Part shown: in pieces, positions 58,123 through 64,000 of the stretch
Position numbering within the stretch: the stretch's first letter is position 1
Layout: each line of letters begins with the position of its first letter
DNA from: Trypanosoma brucei
Taxonomy: Eukaryota
Direction of reading: 5' to 3'
DNA length: 64,000 nucleotides
Assembly (NCBI GenBank): GCA_000002445.1
Contig: CH464491.1
Location: 3,040,001 to 3,104,000, forward strand
Notes under the pieces: generated by a model
What the model was told of the DNA's origin: nothing
Database searches by the model: none
Seen by the model: the letters and a program-made list of their open reading frames with translations, nothing else
Translations under genes and position numbers: made by a program

Positions 58123-60378
58123 ATGCGGCGCTTAGTGCGTCTCGGGCCTATTCGCGTCGCGAAGGCGTGCGTTGAAGTGCGGCCAATGGCACCCACAAAA
58201 GAATTTTTTGAGGAAGGCCGTCAGTTGCAGCACATTGAGGCTGCTGGCGTTGGTGATTTCCCCGATAGTGAACGCAGCGGTGACACCTTTGTCAATCCAT
58301 TCACAGGACGCCTTACGCCAACTTGGGGGCGTGTGGCGAAGGAACTTTTCTCCCTTGGGTTTGAACACAGCATTGTGAACCCCTTTCGGCTTGTTTGGAA
58401 TCCCACGAAAGCTGCACTGGTAAGCGACGCTGCACTGCAACCGTTCCGGACTTCAACGGTAACGTGGCGAAGAAACCTCGCAGCACTACTGTCCCGGAGA
58501 GATGCTGCGGATGCGGTGGGGGAAGAGATCCATCGTCTGTACAATGAAATCACAAGCGCGTATTTACCACCCAAATTGGATACCATGCATGACCCTCGTC
58601 TGTCGACGATGACAATGACACCCGATCAGCAAAATGTTATTAGGTGTGCTCTCCGCGGGTACAGCATGTTCATTGGTGGAAGTGCCGGAACAGGTAAAAC
58701 GGTGCTGCTAAAGGCAATTCACAGAAAACTTACTGAGATGGGATTGCGAGTGGCCATGACAGCAACGACGGGCGTCGCGTCCGTACAGTTAGGTGGCTGC
58801 ACGTTTCATCTGGCATTTGGTGTACCCATCAAGGGGGAAGAGGGAACAAGGAAACGATGGGACTCCAATGCGTTTCGTGCAGTGGATGTGGTGATTATTG
58901 ATGAGGTTTCGTTACTGGACGCAGAACTGTTTGAAACCTTTGAGGAAGAGGCCCGAATGGCTCGATTGCAACAGTCGCCGTTTGGTGGGCTTCAGGTGAT
59001 CGCGTGTGGAGATTTTCTGCAGCTTGCAATGATGGACGTAAGCATTGGTGGCCCGTGCTATCAAAGTCATGCCTTTCGACATCTTATTCCCGTCTGTTTA
59101 GTTACTTCAATGCGCCAAGCGCAGGGCGATCCATTCTGCGAGTTGCTAGGGCAGCTGCGTGTGGGCAAGTTTGACAAGAAAGCCTTCAAAGCATTGGATC
59201 GTCCCGTAAGTGGGGACGCAAACAATGTTACGTACATATTCCCAAGGCGCTGTGATGCACAGAGGTTGAACGATGAGAAACTGTGCGAGTTGCGAAGCGA
59301 AGAAATGATATTTGCTCCACAGCGGGGTCCCCTTCAGCTGGTTGGGAATTTCACTCCAGCTGGTCTGGTAGACTGGGGACGGAAAAAGGACTTTCCCAAG
59401 CGTGAAAAGATCATTACAGTACTTTCTGAGGAAATCAAAAGAATTACCGGAGTGGACATTGTGGACCATAATATTGTAGTGATGCCCGCCGGTGGGGAGA
59501 AGAACGCGGTTCTCATTCGTCTCCGCCACTCAGAAGATAGAAATGTGCTGATATGCAAGAATGGCGGGTCCAAAGAACACGGTGCTAGCAATGAAGGGGG
59601 CGCTGAAGAGAGTCATTGGAGAGCTATATTAGAAGCAACTGCTGGGCGACTCAAGGGAAAGCTTCATCAGATTTACAATCAGGATCCGCACAACTTTATT
59701 CCTCCAAGTGTGTCTTTAATGCTTGCCGATGCTTCTTTGCATCCCAATGCCGAACTCATCTCACCACTTCGACTAAAGCTTGGCTGCCGCGTAATGATTA
59801 ACAGAAACCTCTCACGAACTGTATCCAATGGTAGTGTAGGTATTGTAGAGGCGTTTGCTGCACCCAACTTGGATCTATTTCCCCGCCGCCATGAGACATC
59901 ACCAAAAGCATTCCACACTTGGTCTTTGGAGAGGAATGGATTCCAGCGACTGCCTATTGTCCGTCTACTCAGTGGTGAAGTGGTGCAGCTCCCACCTCTT
60001 TCTGTCATGATTGGTGGCACTCCATCGACTTATTTTTACGGTCATGAACTGTTCGTGCTCCCACTGCAGTTAGGTTACGGCTTCACAGTACACAAAGTCC
60101 AGGGGCTAACACTTGAGGGAACTGTGGTCCTGGATTGTAAGAAATTTTTCGAGTGCCCACATCTCGTCTACGTGGCCTGCTCCCGCGTACGTTCTATGGA
60201 CCAACTGATCGTCAGGAACGTGCGGAGTGATATGATTATTGTTCGACAAAGTGCTTTGGACTTCACAAATGCACTGAGGGATGCGTCTGTGATGTCAAGC
60301 CTCGATCCGCCGGATGGCTGCACCCGAGCCTCTTGGGTGCGCCGTCTCAGTCCGTTACTTGTTGGTTTGACGGACTGA
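58123..60378 (+). CDS. PIF1-family 5'-3' DNA helicase, probable mitochondrial isoform
   Basis: LTPDQQNVIRCALRGYSMFIGGSAGTGKTVLLKAIHRKL...AMTATTGVASVQLGGCTFHLAFGV is the PIF1 motif I/Ia region, with further SF1 motifs downstream. The ORF is open from 57742 (GTG). In-frame ATGs lie at 57940, 58015 and 58123. The last gives MRRLVRLGPIRVAKA, which looks like a mitochondrial presequence, and follows a T-rich tract. Confidence 0.7.
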   Translation: MRRLVRLGPIRVAKACVEVRPMAPTKEFFEEGRQLQHIEAAGVGDFPDSERSGDTFVNPFTGRLTPTWGRVAKELFSLGFEHSIVNPFRLVWNPTKAALVSDAALQPFRTSTVTWRRNLAALLSRRDAADAVGEEIHRLYNEITSAYLPPKLDTMHDPRLSTMTMTPDQQNVIRCALRGYSMFIGGSAGTGKTVLLKAIHRKLTEMGLRVAMTATTGVASVQLGGCTFHLAFGVPIKGEEGTRKRWDSNAFRAVDVVIIDEVSLLDAELFETFEEEARMARLQQSPFGGLQVIACGDFLQLAMMDVSIGGPCYQSHAFRHLIPVCLVTSMRQAQGDPFCELLGQLRVGKFDKKAFKALDRPVSGDANNVTYIFPRRCDAQRLNDEKLCELRSEEMIFAPQRGPLQLVGNFTPAGLVDWGRKKDFPKREKIITVLSEEIKRITGVDIVDHNIVVMPAGGEKNAVLIRLRHSEDRNVLICKNGGSKEHGASNEGGAEESHWRAILEATAGRLKGKLHQIYNQDPHNFIPPSVSLMLADASLHPNAELISPLRLKLGCRVMINRNLSRTVSNGSVGIVEAFAAPNLDLFPRRHETSPKAFHTWSLERNGFQRLPIVRLLSGEVVQLPPLSVMIGGTPSTYFYGHELFVLPLQLGYGFTVHKVQGLTLEGTVVLDCKKFFECPHLVYVACSRVRSMDQLIVRNVRSDMIIVRQSALDFTNALRDASVMSSLDPPDGCTRASWVRRLSPLLVGLTD

Positions 60379-61206
60379 TTACTAGGTATATTCTTCACTA
60401 TCCATATACTGTAGCGCATCATTGGTCCAATGTCCAACACGCCAGTAGACGACCCCTTTTGTTACATAGGGACCAACAGCTCCAGTTGTGCCTACACATT
60501 TCTCACGGAATGGTTTTTACTCATCTCTTTCCCATTTTCCTTTTTTTTCTTCTTGAAATTTGCCTTCTTGCTTGACTGTCCGCTTGCCATAATGGCTGTC
60601 CCTTTTTTTGTTTTCACACTTATCGTGTTCCCGTGTACCTCTATCGAAGGAGGCGATGCACTTACTGATTCTTCCCTATTTTTTTTTCGTTTTAATCACA
60701 GACCCTGTAATTCATCACAAAAGTGACCTCTCTGAGGTTTCATTTGTTTATATGTTTTTATTTACTTGTTTTCCTTGTCATCTACACTATTTATAGTTTG
60801 TCACTTTCTTCCCCCACATGTTGTGTGCCGTGATGAACGGCACATAATCCAATCGGATGCGAACACACGTCATACCAAGTGTTGGATCCAATGCTTATTA
60901 ATTTTTTTAAGTCTCCGTAACAAAAGCCCGTGCGCCGTGTCCGCGCTTTACTACCGTTTTTTTTTGCTCTGTAATCACTCTCTTAACTGCAATGTTATTT
61001 CTTCGCCTCCCTTGCTGCCCCGCTCCTTAAATGAAGGAAACAATTTCACAAACACGAGAGGTCAATAATTGCATGAATACTTCCCATAACTGAAGAAGAC
61101 GTTTCAACAGAAGTAGAGAACAAACTCTAACGAAGCAACATAAACCCAACTGGGCTGCAGGCATACATACACCCGCATACACCAACACATAAAAATAGAC
61201 AGATAA

Positions 61207-61230
61207 CATATATATATATATATATATATT
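61207..61230. repeat. (TA)11 microsatellite
   Basis: acatatatatatatatatatatatttgcg, upstream of the HEAT-like ORF. Confidence 0.85.
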
Positions 61231-61291
61231 TGCGTATAGAGGTCGTTCGTAAAGAAGCGAAAGAAAAAAACGAAAAAAAACCAGGAAAGGA

Positions 61292-64000
61292 ATGAGCAGG
61301 GCACTTTTATCTAGGAACTCGTGTCTGCTGCGCGCTTATGCCGTGTTGCACCAAGTAGAAGTACTAAGGCAGGAAAATATTCTTAGCCCACTGCCGTCTG
61401 ATAGCGAGGTGAGTTCCGCCAGCGGTAGCAGCGGCGCGTGTTCACCTGTGCTAACTGAAATTAAAGCTGACAGCTCAGCCCACTTGTCGGCATCTGCGGA
61501 TGGCGGTGGAGAATTCAGTTGCAATGGGGATAGTGAAGCGCCTGTCGCGAGCAAGGAAGTAAGTGACGCCGTAAAGAAACTAAGCGATGTCAACACAAAA
61601 GGAGAGGAAGTGATGCCAGTGGAGGACGTTCCGTACAAATGTAGCATTCAACCACAGGAAGATGCTGAGAAAAGACTCTCTCCGAGCTTGTACGCACGTA
61701 CCAAAGTACAGGAGGGGAAAGTGAATAACAACAACATGATGGGGTTCCACTCTCCATGCGCGGTATCCCCGAGATCCCGCTCGGCTTCAGTCTCACCGGA
61801 GGGAGACAAGAAAGTCAAGGTGGGAAGGAATGTCACTGCAGTGGCTGACAGGATTCTACAGCGCTATGGAATTCGCAAAACTGACGAGTGTGCAATGAGC
61901 GATGATAATAATGATGGAAGCGCACTGCAGTCCATGGAGTCTTCACCTTTACGCAGGGAAGAAGAGGATATACGCTCGTCGTTTGGGCCGCGGCAGAACT
62001 GTACGGCTTTAAAGGAATTCAGCTGTATCGATCCTACAACAGCGAAATCGACAGGAGCCCTAGTAAGTTCGTACACCGACTTACAAGAATTCCATAAGCG
62101 GAGCTTACAGAAGAAAGAAAAAGACGAGGAAGATTCCCATCGGGAGCGCCTTGACGAAAAAAAAAAGATGCCGCCGAACGTCTCCCCGTTAGAAACCCAG
62201 ACGTACGACGGTAGTGAGGACCATGAAGACAGATGTGCGACCACCGCCAACGCTGATGTTGACGCCGATGCTAACGGGGATGGTGTACCATTGAAGCCGT
62301 CACTGATGACATCCGCTACCGAAATCCTCGCGTTAAACTCAAAGCGGCTGCAAGAGAAATTGCGGATGATGAAAAGTAGTGCTGGAGGAAACACTACTCA
62401 CTGCCACACATGGTTTGCCGTCACAGCGCTTATGAACACCGACGACGCCATACAACACATTGTCGTTCCCCTTCTTCTTGAGTTGTTGTTGCAGCAGGTT
62501 CCGGAATCTCAACCTGCACCGGCAGACGACAACCCCGTTGTCGCAAGCATTCTTTGTGCCCTCGCTGGCCTCGGGGAACGGGCGATGTCTGCACTACCGA
62601 CACTCTTGCGTTTAATCCATTTGCAGGTTAGCTGCTTGAAGCTTGTTGCACTCACTATACGGGCTGTGGGTGGCGACAGGGGCATGCGCGAACTTTGCAC
62701 CCTCGCGCGCACCGGTTGCGATGGCGGGGAAGCCGGTACCAGGGGCAACCCCGATGTGTGGGCGGCGGTGGTTTACGGCATCAGCGCAATGGCACGGCCT
62801 CTCGTTGGATACACCGCTGTCCACTGTTTACCCACCTTGGAGCACGACGATAGCAGTAACAACCACGAGGCAAGTGGTGTTACCTTTTATCAAAAGCCCA
62901 GTTGTGTAAATTTTGAAAAGTATTGTGGCGGCGATCCCTTAAGGCAGGAGTTAGCTCCTCAGACTCAGCCAACATACGTACCTACGCATGTTGTGATGGA
63001 CGTTGAGCTAGCTCGGTGCAGACTGCAAGGGCTAATTGCCTCATCTCCGTTGCAACCCACTTCAAATAGTTACTTACCGTTGTCCGTTATTCTTCGGGAT
63101 TTCGTGCAGGTCGTAACCCTTCTGTGGAATCAGCGAATGCAGTGCCTGCTTCCAGAAACGGTAAGGTTGGAACTTCAACCCCGTGGAGATGAAGTTGACC
63201 CTAGTTTGAACACGGCGGAGTATCACCTGCCGTACTCATATGACCCGCACTATATTGGGCGTGAGGACGACCTATTTGCGATCGAAGAGACGCTCGTAAC
63301 CCTACTTCTTGAGCGCTTCACTCCAACAGTTGTGTTGGAGCAGACGCTGCTTTCTCTTGCGTCGCTTCCTGCCTTCGCCACGACACACGTGGCGGCCCCC
63401 GTGCTCGACTTTTTGGAACAATTCACGGAACGGTTTCTGAGGCAGCAACAAGAGTGTGCCGGCAAGGGGTTCGCTTACATCAACCAGGAGGCTGTTGTTG
63501 TTGTGGGACTTGTTGCACTGGGTCGACTTGCTCGTAATGCTAAAACACCGCAAGCAGTAGCCGATGCAGCATGCGAGTTGCTCCTGCAAAACATTTCCTC
63601 CCCACATTGGCGGGTGCGCGATGCCGCATGCGCAGGGTTGGGGGAGCTGGGTGTTACGACTAATAGAGCAGACACAGTTATACAAGTCGTTACCGATTGT
63701 TTAAACGATGCTGGAGTGAACCCAGAGACGGCCGCTTGGGCACTCTCTCGCATGGGGGCACGGGGTGTTCGCATTCTACTGGATCGAGTTGTGACTCAAC
63801 CGGGGGGTGCAACGGCTGAAGCTGACTCATACGGCGTCGGTGAAACTGAGCCCCTGTCCGCGTCGACGCGGATTGCTTGTGTACGCGCCCTTCCGAAGGC
63901 TGAGGTGTTGGCTATGCCGTCAGGTGGATCTGACAGAGTCCGGGGCCTTCGCGAAGAGGTTCTCAGGCAGCTTGGGGTTTTTATAACTGTGAACAATGGG
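61292..64000 (+). CDS. Hypothetical protein with HEAT/ARM-like helical repeats (3' partial; runs off window end)
   Basis: Hand translation from the first ATG after the stop at about 61250 gives an uninterrupted frame of about 903 codons to nt 64000. The last third contains HEAT-like repeats (PHWRVRDAACAGLGELG; ETAAWALSRMGARGV). It is absent from the ORF track, presumably because it has no stop codon in the window. Confidence 0.5.
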   Translation, partial: MSRALLSRNSCLLRAYAVLHQVEVLRQENILSPLPSDSEVSSASGSSGACSPVLTEIKADSSAHLSASADGGGEFSCNGDSEAPVASKEVSDAVKKLSDVNTKGEEVMPVEDVPYKCSIQPQEDAEKRLSPSLYARTKVQEGKVNNNNMMGFHSPCAVSPRSRSASVSPEGDKKVKVGRNVTAVADRILQRYGIRKTDECAMSDDNNDGSALQSMESSPLRREEEDIRSSFGPRQNCTALKEFSCIDPTTAKSTGALVSSYTDLQEFHKRSLQKKEKDEEDSHRERLDEKKKMPPNVSPLETQTYDGSEDHEDRCATTANADVDADANGDGVPLKPSLMTSATEILALNSKRLQEKLRMMKSSAGGNTTHCHTWFAVTALMNTDDAIQHIVVPLLLELLLQQVPESQPAPADDNPVVASILCALAGLGERAMSALPTLLRLIHLQVSCLKLVALTIRAVGGDRGMRELCTLARTGCDGGEAGTRGNPDVWAAVVYGISAMARPLVGYTAVHCLPTLEHDDSSNNHEASGVTFYQKPSCVNFEKYCGGDPLRQELAPQTQPTYVPTHVVMDVELARCRLQGLIASSPLQPTSNSYLPLSVILRDFVQVVTLLWNQRMQCLLPETVRLELQPRGDEVDPSLNTAEYHLPYSYDPHYIGREDDLFAIEETLVTLLLERFTPTVVLEQTLLSLASLPAFATTHVAAPVLDFLEQFTERFLRQQQECAGKGFAYINQEAVVVVGLVALGRLARNAKTPQAVADAACELLLQNISSPHWRVRDAACAGLGELGVTTNRADTVIQVVTDCLNDAGVNPETAAWALSRMGARGVRILLDRVVTQPGGATAEADSYGVGETEPLSASTRIACVRALPKAEVLAMPSGGSDRVRGLREEVLRQLGVFITVNNG

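Noticed and set aside
61864-62394. 176-aa minus-strand ORF and neighbouring minus ORFs between 61336 and 63996
   Set aside because: All overlap, in antisense, the long + strand HEAT-like ORF that I translated by hand. The window has no other minus-strand gene, so a lone antisense gene inside a polycistron is implausible.
1-64000. Searched by eye for tRNA T-arm signatures (GGTTCGAATCC-like and reverse complements), rRNA, spliced-leader RNA or 5S repeats, and retroelement features
   Set aside because: None was found. The few ttcgaa-containing matches lie inside protein-coding repeats or lack acceptor-stem complementarity. Covariance-model tools would be needed to exclude snoRNAs definitively.

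Overview
This window reads as a kinetoplastid (Trypanosoma brucei-like) nuclear segment, not a prokaryotic locus. Every convincing gene is intron-less and on the + strand, so the 64 kb is one polycistronic transcription unit with no strand switch. Genes are separated by pyrimidine-rich or purine-rich low-complexity spacers and by (TA)n, (CA)n and (GT)n microsatellites. Gene order and content fit what I recall of a T. brucei chromosome 11 region; that is memory, not a search.

I can support about 26 protein-coding genes by reading the translated ORFs:
- a 5'-truncated eIF2B epsilon C-terminus
- eIF3e
- a giant tandem-repeat protein (about 24.5 near-identical 59-aa / 177-nt units)
- Cactin
- MCM6
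- a CEP164-like WW/coiled-coil protein
- TRM61
- RFT1
- dihydrolipoamide succinyltransferase (2-oxoglutarate dehydrogenase E2)
- V-ATPase subunit B
- eIF2B gamma
- a DUF676 esterase
- an ITFG1/TIP-like FG-GAP membrane protein
- ribosomal protein S29 (57 aa, below the ORF-track size cutoff)
- an Mrp/NBP35 Fe-S ATPase
- a histidine-acid-phosphatase-like membrane protein with degenerate catalytic motifs
- an eIF4E family member with N-terminal PAM2-like boxes
- an acyl-CoA-dehydrogenase-like protein
- an R3H protein
- a PIF1-family helicase
- a HEAT-like ORF that runs off the 3' window edge and is absent from the ORF track

I found no tRNA, rRNA, CRISPR array or recognisable mobile element.

The ORF track translates TTG/GTG/CTG as Met, so many track ORFs carry false N-terminal extensions through upstream polypyrimidine tracts. 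I give first-ATG starts where that is clear. All minus-strand track ORFs are antisense to conserved + strand genes and I treat them as spurious.

I see no self-contained novel system of the defence-island type. The most unusual objects are the 4.3 kb coding repeat array, a probable pseudo-phosphatase, several G-homopolymer and G-quadruplex-type tracts, and a 3.4 kb ORF-free gap.
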